Shown piece by piece: positions 20,463 through 29,498 of a DNA stretch of 40,604 nt. How positions within the stretch are numbered: the stretch's first letter is position 1; every line of letters begins with the position of its first letter. Under the pieces are notes generated by a model, which saw only the letters and a program-made list of their open reading frames with translations, was not told where the DNA came from and searched no databases. This DNA is from a virus (lineage: Duplodnaviria; Heunggongvirae; Uroviricota; Caudoviricetes): positions 1 through 40,604 of the IMG/VR virus record IMGVR_UViG_2778261089_000001; one strand, given 5' to 3'. The translations under genes were made by a program, and so were the position numbers.

Positions 20463-20739
20463 CCGCAACAGCCACTTTGATATCAGCCTGGGTTCTCTGT
20501 GACTCCAGTGCGATCTGCTGTTTTGCATGCTGGTTAGCCTCCAGAACTGTATTGACGATTTGCAGTGATTGCAGGACGTTATTGGTAATAGCGGTTGCCG
20601 ATTCGGCATTTTGTACAGCCTCATCAGCACGTTTCTTTTCGCGCTGGTATTTGCTGTGGTAGTGGTTAGCTGACCAGACGAGAGAACCGAATAAAGTCAG
20701 GAGGAAAGCAGAAATAACCAGCTTATAGCGAAGTTTCAT
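20347..20739 (-). CDS. Rz-like i-spanin
   Basis: N-terminal TM helix then coiled-coil; follows R endolysin; start taken at internal Met MKLRYK. Confidence 0.75.
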   Translation of the reverse strand: MKLRYKLVISAFLLTLFGSLVWSANHYHSKYQREKKRADEAVQNAESATAITNNVLQSLQIVNTVLEANQHAKQQIALESQRTQADIKVAVADDDCAVRPVPAAAADRLRKYANSLREHSEDSTTSQLDF

Positions 20740-21199
20740 TAACCACCCCGCCAGCTTCTTTGAATTTGGCAATCAGACTATCGATCTTGTGTTCATACTG
20801 ACCGTAGCCAGCACCGGGCAATGAAGCCCAAATATTGCTGCAACGGTCGATTGCCTGACGAATATTGCCACGGTCAATCATCGGTAAAGCGCCACGCTCT
20901 TTAATCTGCTGCAGAGCTACAGCGTCCTGGCTTTCTGGAGAAAAATCTTTCAGGCCAAGCTGTTTACGGTAAGCATCCCACCAGCGTGAAAGAAGCTGGT
21001 AACGTCCGGCGGCTGTTGATTTGAGTTTGGGGTTTAGCGTGACAAGTTTGCGAGGGTGATCGGAGTAATCAGTGAACAGTTCACCACCAACAATAACATC
21101 ATAACCGTGGTTACGTGTCGGTTGTCGCCCGTTATCCGTTCCTTCTGACCATGCCACCATATCGAGGAAAGCTTTACGCTGGGAATTTAGTACCTGCAT
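20723..21199 (-). CDS. R: Endolysin, lambda R-like lytic transglycosylase
   Basis: Near-identical to lambda R (…QRKAFLDM.AWSEGTDNGRQ.TRNHGYDVIVGGELFTDYSDHPRKL…). Confidence 0.9.
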   Translation of the reverse strand: MQVLNSQRKAFLDMVAWSEGTDNGRQPTRNHGYDVIVGGELFTDYSDHPRKLVTLNPKLKSTAAGRYQLLSRWWDAYRKQLGLKDFSPESQDAVALQQIKERGALPMIDRGNIRQAIDRCSNIWASLPGAGYGQYEHKIDSLIAKFKEAGGVVNETSL

Positions 21200-21202
21200 A
21201 AA

Positions 21203-21529
21203 TTACTCCTTAGAGCCACCAAACTTATTACCGATTACTCTCATTGCAGCCCCACGAATAGCATCGACACCGATCAGCCCCACCCCACCACCAATGGCAA
21301 CAGAAAGCGATTTAGGCCATCCGACATACTCAAGAGCGGATGCAAAAGTCAGCGTCAGAGCGCCACAGAGTAGAATTTCGAGTGTTTTTCGCTTCCAGCC
21401 ACCACCACCGCCAAAATAGGCAATGCGCAAGCCAGCCATAACGATCGACATAATCACTGCGCCCAGTGGTGTGTCTCCACGCCACCAGCTCTGGACCAAC
21501 TCCAGCCAGGTATTTGGGTTATGAGGCAT
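21203..21529 (-). CDS. Holin (lambda S-like class I)
   Basis: 108 aa with hydrophobic helices, immediately upstream of endolysin. Confidence 0.65.
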   Translation of the reverse strand: MPHNPNTWLELVQSWWRGDTPLGAVIMSIVMAGLRIAYFGGGGGWKRKTLEILLCGALTLTFASALEYVGWPKSLSVAIGGGVGLIGVDAIRGAAMRVIGNKFGGSKE

Positions 21530-21670
21530 TTGTAGTTATCTCTCACCTCGCCGATACAGGAGGTGCAAATTGAGGGAGTACCACGAACCGCAAACCAGAA
21601 GCGGAAACGTAAAAGAAGCCGAGCCAATGGATAAGTACTAGATAGACCAAGCCCAACGAATACCAAGGCC

Positions 21671-21700
21671 CAGAAATGACAAAACCCGCTCGACGGCGGG
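21671..21700 (-). terminator. Rho-independent terminator on minus strand (candidate late-operon tR')
   Basis: Minus strand CCCGCC-GTCGA-GCGGG followed by TTTTGTCATTT, ~140 bp upstream of holin. Confidence 0.5.
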
Positions 21701-21860
21701 TTTAAGCTGTGTGGCAAAGTAACCACTCTTAACACGATATAATACTTTTTGCGTACGCGTTAACTTTTTCTGTAGTATTTAGTGTAAGATTCTTCACAAG
21801 ATAGATACTTTGGAGTACATGATGTAAAGTGCTGTATGCATAAACAGTACAAAGGATATC

Positions 21861-22382
21861 ATGATGAACAAATTAGCACGCTTATTATTAACAGCCAGCT
21901 CAATTGCACCTGTTTGCGCAACTCTATTTTTTATTGGATATGTAAAAGATACGGTTTGGCTGATGCAATATAGCTTATGCGTTGGCATAGCAAGTTGGTT
22001 ATTAGCAATAGGCCTGATTCAATATGCTGAGAAACAACTTGAACCTCTGACAAAAAATATTAGTTCAGTTTCTCCCGCTAACAAAGAAGTAACTAATTAT
22101 TTCTTAAGCTATTTATTCCCTCTCCTAGGAACAGATTCTATTGCTGAAAATAAAGCATATGCGTTATTCTTTTATTTATCATTGTTATTTTACATCAGCT
22201 TTTCCGAGAACTATAACTTTAACCCAGTATTGTCACTTATCGGTTATAAATTTTACGAAGCTGAAGATGACACCGGCGTAGGTTTTGTATTGATTTCTAA
22301 ATCAGTTATTACTGATATTAAAGATATCAAATTTACAGTTATTCAATTAACAGACTACACATTTCTACATGTTAAAGGATAA
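21861..22382 (+). CDS. Four-TM membrane protein (candidate KwaA-like component)
   Basis: 173 aa with four hydrophobic helices; AAAGGA RBS; AT-rich; opposite strand to flanking phage genes. Confidence 0.6.
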   Translation: MMNKLARLLLTASSIAPVCATLFFIGYVKDTVWLMQYSLCVGIASWLLAIGLIQYAEKQLEPLTKNISSVSPANKEVTNYFLSYLFPLLGTDSIAENKAYALFFYLSLLFYISFSENYNFNPVLSLIGYKFYEAEDDTGVGFVLISKSVITDIKDIKFTVIQLTDYTFLHVKG

Positions 22383-22387
22383 TAACC

Positions 22388-23272
22388 ATGGCACTTTTTG
22401 CAGTAATAGATAATACAATTGCAACGAGAATTGTTAGAGTCGAACTTGATGCAACAGCAAGTACTTCTGTTACGGCCATTTTCCAACAACAGCGTCAATA
22501 TTTTGAAAGTCATCATAACAATATGATACCATTCTATGCCGGTTATACACCAAAACATAGTGAGTGTTTTGAAATACAAAACTTTACTGATTCTGCACGC
22601 CTGATTGACGCAGTCAATAGGCCTACCGCCGTGCCTATCTGGGATCCTAGCCAAATTGATATTGGTTATATTAAAGCATTATTTGTTGGTGTTGACGCGC
22701 CAGCAAACCCCAATATTATTGCACTACAAACTTTCAACAAAAAACAAATCTTAGATACCTCAAAATCATTCTTTGGAAAGCTTTTTGCAAGCAAAACTAC
22801 CTTTAGTAAAGCTAATAGCATCGGTTTTAATGTTGATGATAAACTAGTTGCAATAATTATCAATGATACAATACGATTTAAGAGTTTCTTTAATCTAAGA
22901 AGCATTTTTGACATGTCGTCCTATTTTTCTGCTGCTACTGACCAAGAACTTAATGCATTTAGTCAACTTAGTGTATTTTCTACTCCCCAAGGTTTTGATC
23001 TAAAATCCGTTGCAGATACAGTGATAAGAAATAAAGTAACACTAATAAATCAGACTGGGATGCTAACACCCCAAAATATGTCAAAGTTTAAATCCGAAGC
23101 TGCTAAAGTTAATTTCCCCTTACAAACCATAATAGTTGGCGGTGTTGAGAAAATTGTCATGCCTTCATCAAAAAAAGAAATAAAAGCCCTTCTTGACTTT
23201 CTTGAGGAAGACATTTGGGTTTCTGGAATAAGTGGAAGACGCTTTAAATCGAATTCAAAGCGCCCAATATAA
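22388..23272 (+). CDS. Soluble 294-aa protein co-transcribed with the TM protein (candidate KwaB/DUF4868-like)
   Basis: Starts 5 bp after upstream stop with AAAGGA RBS; AT-rich; no recognised catalytic motif. Confidence 0.6.
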   Translation: MALFAVIDNTIATRIVRVELDATASTSVTAIFQQQRQYFESHHNNMIPFYAGYTPKHSECFEIQNFTDSARLIDAVNRPTAVPIWDPSQIDIGYIKALFVGVDAPANPNIIALQTFNKKQILDTSKSFFGKLFASKTTFSKANSIGFNVDDKLVAIIINDTIRFKSFFNLRSIFDMSSYFSAATDQELNAFSQLSVFSTPQGFDLKSVADTVIRNKVTLINQTGMLTPQNMSKFKSEAAKVNFPLQTIIVGGVEKIVMPSSKKEIKALLDFLEEDIWVSGISGRRFKSNSKRPI

Positions 23273-23293
23273 CTAGAAGACAGTTAAGAATAG

Positions 23294-23656
23294 TTAACAG
23301 GCAAGAGTGCAAACAATGCCTTCAATGAAACCAAGCGATGTTTGCAACTCTTTCCTGATAGTCCCATCCGAACACTTTCTCTTCTTAGCAATGGCTCGCA
23401 ATGAAATCCCTACCACAAAATGGGCTATAACTAACTCATACTCTTCTGGTTTGTACTTTCTTAATCTAGCTACGCACCCATCGATCATGAGCCCCTCATC
23501 ATCATCACACTGAATCCGGGACTTTTTGCCATGAGGTAAAAGCCCCTTGAAGCCAGCGGCTACCGGTTGCCAGTCCACTCCGCTATTGTCTGAAGCAGCC
23601 CAAGCTCCCCAACGATCCATCACTTCATACATATCACGCATCAACTTTCTCCACAA
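23294..23656 (-). CDS. Q: Late-gene antiterminator Q
   Basis: 120 aa; Q-family character and position at end of early-right operon. Confidence 0.7.
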   Translation of the reverse strand: MWRKLMRDMYEVMDRWGAWAASDNSGVDWQPVAAGFKGLLPHGKKSRIQCDDDEGLMIDGCVARLRKYKPEEYELVIAHFVVGISLRAIAKKRKCSDGTIRKELQTSLGFIEGIVCTLAC

Positions 23657-23658
23657 AA

Positions 23659-24654
23659 TCAGGCCAGTACGCCAATTGCCAGCGCACGATCGATAAAACG
23701 AAATATCAGCTCCAGCTGAGAGCCATACTTCTCTTCAAATGCCACGGTATCCGCATGCAGCTCGTCGTGATGCTTTCTGCACAAAGGCAACACAAAGAGG
23801 TCATGCGCTTTTGTACCCATTCCACCCTGACCGTGGCCTATCAGATGGTGGGGATCATCAGCAGGCTTTCCACAACATGCACACGGCTGTGTCTTAACCC
23901 AGCGCGTGTACTTTTCATTAACCCAGCGGCGGCTTTTTGGGCGTAACATAAAAGACTCCGGCGACTCCGGATCCACTTTCAGCGCCAGCACCTTTTTCGC
24001 TTTATCCTGGATGATGCTGGTGGCAGGAACCGAAGGCACAAGGTCACTTTCCCGGGTGACAGACGGCACAACAGGCTTCGGTAATCTCAGTGCCTTACGG
24101 GCTGCACTTTCCGGTAAGGCATCCGCCAGGTCATTACGAACCAGCCACCAGCACAGTTCCGGCATTGTCACAACGTGACTATCATCAAAACCGAGATCCC
24201 GACGCACAACAGACAATACCCAGCGGGCACAGTTATCCGTTGCCATTGATTCCAGCCGTTCCGTGAACTGATCGCGCAACTGGTTATCGCAGTGCCAGCA
24301 CAGACGGATTGCGCCCGGCGCGTGCCGCATTGTGGTCATGTTCTCGCTGTGCCAGTCGGAATGAGGCCACTGACAGCCCTTTTCACGAAGTAACCAGCTT
24401 TCAAGACATTCCACGCCACCAGCACGACGGATCACTGCCTCATTGCGGAACACGCCCCGAACGGCAGGATCATCCGCCAGCGGTTGTGATACCGCCGGAA
24501 CGGCACCACTGGCAAAAGATGAATAACGTTCCGGCTCAGGCTCCAGCAGGACACGCCCCTGCATAAACAGGGGCATCAGCTCTGAACCTGGCCTGAACAA
24601 TACGATCCCCATACGCGGGGCAATTTCAGGAGTCAGTAGTGCTCTCACGGTCAC
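23659..24654 (-). CDS. DUF968-like phage protein with C-terminal HNH-type Cys/His motif
   Basis: 331 aa; C-terminus CACCGKP...HHLIGHG...CRKHHDELH. Confidence 0.45.
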   Translation of the reverse strand: MTVRALLTPEIAPRMGIVLFRPGSELMPLFMQGRVLLEPEPERYSSFASGAVPAVSQPLADDPAVRGVFRNEAVIRRAGGVECLESWLLREKGCQWPHSDWHSENMTTMRHAPGAIRLCWHCDNQLRDQFTERLESMATDNCARWVLSVVRRDLGFDDSHVVTMPELCWWLVRNDLADALPESAARKALRLPKPVVPSVTRESDLVPSVPATSIIQDKAKKVLALKVDPESPESFMLRPKSRRWVNEKYTRWVKTQPCACCGKPADDPHHLIGHGQGGMGTKAHDLFVLPLCRKHHDELHADTVAFEEKYGSQLELIFRFIDRALAIGVLA

Positions 24655-24655
24655 C

Positions 24656-25486
24656 TCAATGAACGGTATCGAGCAGCTTTAACAGCTCAGGGAATCGGGA
24701 TTCGAAGAAATGCGGCTGCGTCTCGCGCGGATTTGCGGGACTGGTGATGTTCTTGCCGAACATGCAGCCTTTCGCTGTCAGCGACCAGAATTTTTTGATG
24801 TTGTTAATCGCGGTACGGCTGTATCGTTCGCGCTGCTCGACGATCCCCAGCTTCACCATCTGGTGATATGCCTGATTAGCCGTCAGGCGGATACCATACT
24901 GTTTCAGCAGTGCACTCAGCGACAGCGTGGGGCGACTTGAGCCATCAGGCGCGTCAGCAGGAGCATCAATGGCATAGCGCGGTGCCAGATTCGGTAAGCC
25001 AACAGCCTCCTGGAGTTTCTGACAGGCACCAAGCACTGATGAGTTAGACAGGTTTAATTCCCGGCGCATAAAGTCCAGCAGAATCACGCCAGCCTGCATC
25101 TTGTCAGCAGCCTGTCCGGATAATTTTTCCGGTGCGCTGGTTACCATGTCGAAAGTACGGATCACCTTCAGATGGAATGACGGGCTTATCCACATTGCAT
25201 AGGCATACACCAGTTCTTTGCAGACATACGTCCCCTGGTTATTTCCGCCACGAATAACGTTAACTGGCTCTATATTGACCGAGTTGCAAATCTGCAACTC
25301 GCTTATTAAACGTTCAGTTTGCTCATTGCGGAGCCAGAATGCAGGCTTATGCTTATCCAGAGAACCGGCAGCCCTGTGCAGATCGTTCAGGCTGTAACGA
25401 CCATAAGCATCACGACGAACTTCAATACCATCAATGACCATCAGATTATTCATACTTCGTTTCTCCTCTTGATCAGGCGGCTGCAC
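24656..25486 (-). CDS. KilA-N domain protein (antirepressor-like)
   Basis: N-terminal KilA-N-like region (VIDGIEVRRDAYGRYSLNDLHRAAG). Confidence 0.55.
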   Translation of the reverse strand: MQPPDQEEKRSMNNLMVIDGIEVRRDAYGRYSLNDLHRAAGSLDKHKPAFWLRNEQTERLISELQICNSVNIEPVNVIRGGNNQGTYVCKELVYAYAMWISPSFHLKVIRTFDMVTSAPEKLSGQAADKMQAGVILLDFMRRELNLSNSSVLGACQKLQEAVGLPNLAPRYAIDAPADAPDGSSRPTLSLSALLKQYGIRLTANQAYHQMVKLGIVEQRERYSRTAINNIKKFWSLTAKGCMFGKNITSPANPRETQPHFFESRFPELLKLLDTVH

Positions 25487-25862
25487 CCGCCGTTTTCTCG
25501 TACTTACTGATGGTGATCTCGACCTTCCCTTTCGGGATAACCGGTCCCCACTCCACCAGCATTCTTTTCACCTGTCTGTCGTCTTCCCACACACCCGCGT
25601 GGGTCAACGCGTCAAACAGCGCCTTGTTATAGTTGTCCAGATCGCGGATCCGGTTATCCGGAGGAAACAACACGATCTCCACTGAAGCAGGTGCCGACGT
25701 TGGTTTTGGCAGACGACGTAACTGCTCAACTATTGCTGCGCACGCCGCGCTCTGAAATTTTCGCCCCGCCGCGCTTATCAGGCTCTTACCAGCAAATGCC
25801 CCTTTGTTGGGGTGTCGCCAGTACGTGTTCACGCTGGGCGGGAAAGGCAGGATCAGCTTCAT
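25473..25862 (-). CDS. rusA: Holliday junction resolvase RusA
   Basis: 129 aa; RusA-family sequence with conserved acidic residues. Confidence 0.8.
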   Translation of the reverse strand: MKLILPFPPSVNTYWRHPNKGAFAGKSLISAAGRKFQSAACAAIVEQLRRLPKPTSAPASVEIVLFPPDNRIRDLDNYNKALFDALTHAGVWEDDRQVKRMLVEWGPVIPKGKVEITISKYEKTAGAAA

Positions 25863-26185
25863 ACTTTCAGGCCTCTCTCATGTAACCAGTGGGTTGCACG
25901 CAGCCTGGCGTTTTCCTCACCGGCAAGCAGTGAGCGGATAATCCCGACCGCCTCGCTGTCGTCGTCCTTCACCGCGGTATGAAGAGTGATACCCCGGGCC
26001 ACGCCACGCTTTATCGTGATGACGCCTTTTTTCTCCAGTGCGCGAAGATGTTCCACCGCTGCATTCACTGAACGGTATCCCAGCATGGTTGCCACCTCCT
26101 GATTGGTTGGCGGGAAGCCACGTTCTTTCTGGTAAGAAATCAGCATATCCAGCACCTGCTGCTGGCATTGAGTTAACGTCGTCAT
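25859..26185 (-). CDS. LexA-like DNA-binding domain protein
   Basis: N-terminus aligns with LexA winged-helix region (MLGYRSVNAAVEHLRALEKKGVI). Confidence 0.65.
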   Translation of the reverse strand: MTTLTQCQQQVLDMLISYQKERGFPPTNQEVATMLGYRSVNAAVEHLRALEKKGVITIKRGVARGITLHTAVKDDDSEAVGIIRSLLAGEENARLRATHWLHERGLKV

Positions 26186-26868
26186 GCCGCCATCTCCCTG
26201 ACCAGTTTTTCCGCCTGCTGGCGAACCTGCGCCAGAAACGCCTCACCACATGCCTCAAGTTCATCGCGCCCGATGTAGCTGATTGCCGGTCCCTTCCAGG
26301 TCTTATCGAAAACAGCAATAGCACCAGCGAAGAAAGCGCCTGTCGGCACCTGCTTCTCGTCTTTCGGGATAAACCAGACAGGCAGTTCAAAACCAATACG
26401 CCCGCGAATAAAAGCAATATGATCTGCATCTTCCGGCCACCACACTTCGCTGGTGGCAGCTTTGATCAGGAAAACATAGCGCCCGCCTTTATCACGCATG
26501 GCACTGGCATGCTTCATGATGTAACGCATGCCGGTGATGTATTGCCCCTCATGCTGACTGGCGCGGCTGTATGGGGGATTACCAAAGGCAGCACCTTTAA
26601 GCTCCGCAAGACGTTCTGACCAGTCATGCGCCAGCGCGTTGTCTTCCGCCGTGTAATACGCGGCACATTTGGCGTTATCACCGTCAGTAAAAAGATCCAG
26701 AACAAACGGGCCAAACAGAGTGTTAATTCCCCAGAAAATGTTATCCGGCGTGCGCCACTGATCGCCCACTTCCTTCAGTTCATGGGCTGGTTTGTTCCGT
26801 AGTTCCACCAGCGCCTGGCAATATTTATTACTCATTAAGCCCCCACGTAATTCCCTGACAGATACCAC
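26182..26868 (-). CDS. Phage N6-adenine DNA methyltransferase (phage Dam family)
   Basis: 228 aa with NPPY catalytic motif (AAFGNPPYS). Confidence 0.8.
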   Translation of the reverse strand: MVSVRELRGGLMSNKYCQALVELRNKPAHELKEVGDQWRTPDNIFWGINTLFGPFVLDLFTDGDNAKCAAYYTAEDNALAHDWSERLAELKGAAFGNPPYSRASQHEGQYITGMRYIMKHASAMRDKGGRYVFLIKAATSEVWWPEDADHIAFIRGRIGFELPVWFIPKDEKQVPTGAFFAGAIAVFDKTWKGPAISYIGRDELEACGEAFLAQVRQQAEKLVREMAA

Positions 26869-27329
26869 TCATCACTCGATACAGCGCGCTTGCTGCTTTT
26901 CCGTAAACACTGCTCACGACGCGCCAGAAAATTGTTTCGTTCTGGCTGGGAGTGGCTTTCACGGAATGCCGCCATCCACACCGTTGCAGCACGACGGTAT
27001 AAGCCCCTGGACTCCAGTTCTTCCGCCTGGCGGGTCAGGCACAAAATCACCCGGGGATCGTTAGTGCCGACATAGAAATTGCGCACAGGTCTGGTTTCAC
27101 GAACTGGTTGTGGTTCCGGCTCCTGCGCTCTCTCAGTCAGGCGCGGGAAATGTCTGCGTGTATCTCCTTCACAACGGTGAGCCACACGCCCACTCTGACG
27201 TAACTTGCTTGCAGACTGCAGAACGCGCTGCCGTGAGTAACCTGCAAAAGCATCCGCAATGTCTCCGGAAGTACACCCCGGATGGGCTTCAATGAATTTC
27301 TGAACGTCATTTAACAGACTCATGATCAC
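26835..27329 (-). CDS. Hypothetical early-region protein
   Basis: 164-aa ORF translationally coupled between replication gene and Dam. Confidence 0.4.
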   Translation of the reverse strand: MIMSLLNDVQKFIEAHPGCTSGDIADAFAGYSRQRVLQSASKLRQSGRVAHRCEGDTRRHFPRLTERAQEPEPQPVRETRPVRNFYVGTNDPRVILCLTRQAEELESRGLYRRAATVWMAAFRESHSQPERNNFLARREQCLRKSSKRAVSSDEWYLSGNYVGA

Positions 27330-28267
27330 CCCCTGAATCCTGCCGGGATCTGGCTGTAGTCCACGTTGTCGTAACTGGATTTGAAGTACGGGTCTTCGCG
27401 TTTTTCGGTGTACGTGCTGACGGACGGTGATAAGCGCAGGGAAAGCTCATCCCATTTTTCCCGCAACTTCGACGGGCTGAGCACGTTACGGCACCAGAAC
27501 GGATCGCGGCTGACGCGGCTGTACATCTCGCAGATTTGTTTGTGAGTACGACCATCCTGCACACACATCAGGCGAATTTCGTTTGCCCAGGCTGTCCAGT
27601 TCGGTTCTTTGGGACGAACCACCTCGCCGTCACATTCGGCGGCTTGCTCGTACAGGGCGATGATTTTTTTCCAGAGCCACTGTGCGCAGGTCAAATCATC
27701 CTGCGTTCCCCACTGGCGCTTTTTAGGGCTGAATACAACCGCATCAGGATGGCGAGTTAAAAAATCCTGTTCATCCGTCTGCGTGTCCGGTTGCGAAGCG
27801 TCCGGACGAGAAGGTTTTTTATCTGACGGATCATGTTTTGATTTTACTGACGGATCCCCGCCAGATTCTGACGGGTGAAAACCCGCTTTTTTGCCAGATT
27901 TCGACGCATCAAATTTTGACGGGTCAGATTTTGATGCGTCAGATTTTGACGGGTCAGAATCTGACAGTTGAGAAAATGCCGCTGCCTGAAGCTTCGCAAC
28001 GTTAAGCTGATAAACATTCGACGCATTGCGGTTACCCTGGCGACGCGCCTTACGCGTTAACCAGCCTTCTGCTTCCAGCCGTGCGATAGCCGTCCTGACG
28101 GTACTCATCCCCGCGCCAATCTGACGGGCAATAGTTTCAATTGATGGCCAGCACACACCTTCGTCATTACTGAAATCAGCCAGGCGGGCCATAATTGCCA
28201 CGCTGGATAATTTCATGCCTGATGCAGCGCAACCATCCCATACATAGCCGGTTAATTTAGTGCTCAT
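27326..28267 (-). CDS. Replication initiation protein (O-like, HTH N-terminus, internal origin iterons)
   Basis: 313 aa; N-terminal winged-HTH-like region; central repeat peptides encoded by iterons. Confidence 0.7.
   Translation of the reverse strand: MSTKLTGYVWDGCAASGMKLSSVAIMARLADFSNDEGVCWPSIETIARQIGAGMSTVRTAIARLEAEGWLTRKARRQGNRNASNVYQLNVAKLQAAAFSQLSDSDPSKSDASKSDPSKFDASKSGKKAGFHPSESGGDPSVKSKHDPSDKKPSRPDASQPDTQTDEQDFLTRHPDAVVFSPKKRQWGTQDDLTCAQWLWKKIIALYEQAAECDGEVVRPKEPNWTAWANEIRLMCVQDGRTHKQICEMYSRVSRDPFWCRNVLSPSKLREKWDELSLRLSPSVSTYTEKREDPYFKSSYDNVDYSQIPAGFRG
27821..27970. repeat. Origin iterons: at least 6 copies of a ~15-bp repeat (consensus AGATTTTGACGGGTC) inside the replication gene
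   Basis: Five contiguous 15-bp units at 27894-27970 plus degenerate copies at 27821-27877. Confidence 0.75.
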
Positions 28268-28276
28268 GACCGACCT

Positions 28277-28615
28277 CTATTTCCCTGAATTTACGACGAA
28301 ACTGTTCGAGCGGGCTGAAGCACTCATGCTCATAGCCTTCGCGGAGGTAGATAACTCGTTGTGTTTCCGGCTCCCAACGAATGACTCTGACGGGCACTCC
28401 GTAGTGATCTTTGAACCAGCGGTTAACTTGTCGCAAAGGACTGTCTCCTTCTGCCGGTTGAAATCACCCACAGCCCACTCAGCAAAGCTGTGGGTTACAA
28501 TTTCCCTGTCACCTGGTACATTAACTGCATAGCAATACTCCACCTTCGCTTTTCCACCCGGTACAGGAAGCGCAATCAGTTGCGAGCGACGGTAGTGTGT
28601 TGTTAAACTGTTCAT
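28277..28615 (-). CDS. Hypothetical early-region protein
   Basis: 112-aa ORF in operon between CII-like and replication genes. Confidence 0.35.
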   Translation of the reverse strand: MNSLTTHYRRSQLIALPVPGGKAKVEYCYAVNVPGDREIVTHSFAEWAVGDFNRQKETVLCDKLTAGSKITTECPSESFVGSRKHNELSTSAKAMSMSASARSNSFVVNSGK

Positions 28616-29220
28616 GCGTTAGTTTCTCCACAGTCACGACACGCCACGGCGCCCGGAGCTGCACACTCGCGGGCGTCATTACTTTCTGAAATGCAAAAGA
28701 TTTTGTAGACCAGTGCTGCATGCTCCTGCAGCTTCGAAATTGAGAGATACAGCTCGTCGTTAATTGCTGTCTTCTCATGCGGTTCCACCACACCGTCTTC
28801 GATTGCCGAACGAATCTGTCTGGAATAACTGCCAATCTGTTCAATGACTTCCAGCAGGCGCTGGTTAATATCGGCGTTGTCCACATCCTCGACGTCAGGA
28901 AGAGACACAAAGACGCCATTTGCAGACTGCGCCACAGCGTCAGCAATGAAGTGAGTTCCACCAGCACGTTGCAAAATCATTGCCCATCCCAGCGGGAAAA
29001 TCTGATCGCCATCGGCACGAAGGCGGTTAAATAATGCGTTTTCTGTTACATCCAGCCAGTCAGCTGCTTCAGCGTAACCACCCGGCAACGCTGCGATAGT
29101 TTTTCTGACAGCTTTCACGTACCACTCAGGCTGTTTTTCTACTTTCCAGTGATGCTTACCCACGGTTAGCCTCATCGTTCTGTGGTTTCTGTTAATCGAT
29201 TTATCCATTAGATTTTTCAT
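28612..29220 (-). CDS. CII-like regulatory protein (Phage_CP76-like); start uncertain
   Basis: Position immediately after cro; the longest frame begins with GTG at 29277, ATG at 29220 chosen. Confidence 0.45.
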   Translation of the reverse strand: MKNLMDKSINRNHRTMRLTVGKHHWKVEKQPEWYVKAVRKTIAALPGGYAEAADWLDVTENALFNRLRADGDQIFPLGWAMILQRAGGTHFIADAVAQSANGVFVSLPDVEDVDNADINQRLLEVIEQIGSYSRQIRSAIEDGVVEPHEKTAINDELYLSISKLQEHAALVYKIFCISESNDARECAAPGAVACRDCGETNA

Positions 29221-29401
29221 AAAGCTCAGGTTTAAATGGCAACCGTCCGCAAGTTCTATATGCAGCTTCTGCTGCACGTCCTTTTGGAATTAACTGGCCC
29301 GGACGGTTTCGCCACTGATAAACGGCTTCAGTTGTTATGCCGAAAAAAGCAGCAACTTTCTCAATACTGCCGAAGTAGCTTTCGATATCGTCAGTTGTCA
29401 T
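29201..29401 (-). CDS. cro: Cro-like HTH repressor
   Basis: 66 aa with HTH (AAFFGITTEAVYQWRN), divergent from cI across operator region. Confidence 0.75.
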   Translation of the reverse strand: MTTDDIESYFGSIEKVAAFFGITTEAVYQWRNRPGQLIPKGRAAEAAYRTCGRLPFKPELYEKSNG

Positions 29402-29498
29402 ACGCCCTCCAAACTAAGTTTTATTAGATGCTAATTACAAATCTATCTTTGGTCAATAAAAACTAAGATTACTTAGCAATTCAAGAAATGGTGCTCCT
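29402..29498. promoter_or_regulatory. Divergent operator/promoter region (OR-like) between cro and cI
   Basis: Repeated AACTAAG motifs at 29412 and 29461; palindrome CTAAGATTACTTAG at 29463-29476. Confidence 0.55.

Noticed and set aside
21530-21860. tRNA genes or Shiga-toxin genes expected between Q and S in some lambdoid phages
   Set aside because: No tRNA-like T-arm or acceptor signatures; the cargo proteins are a 4-TM protein and a 294-aa protein, not StxA/StxB-like
27821-27970. Possible CRISPR array suggested by tandem repeats
   Set aside because: Repeats are ~15 bp, contiguous without spacers and lie inside the replication gene; these are origin iterons
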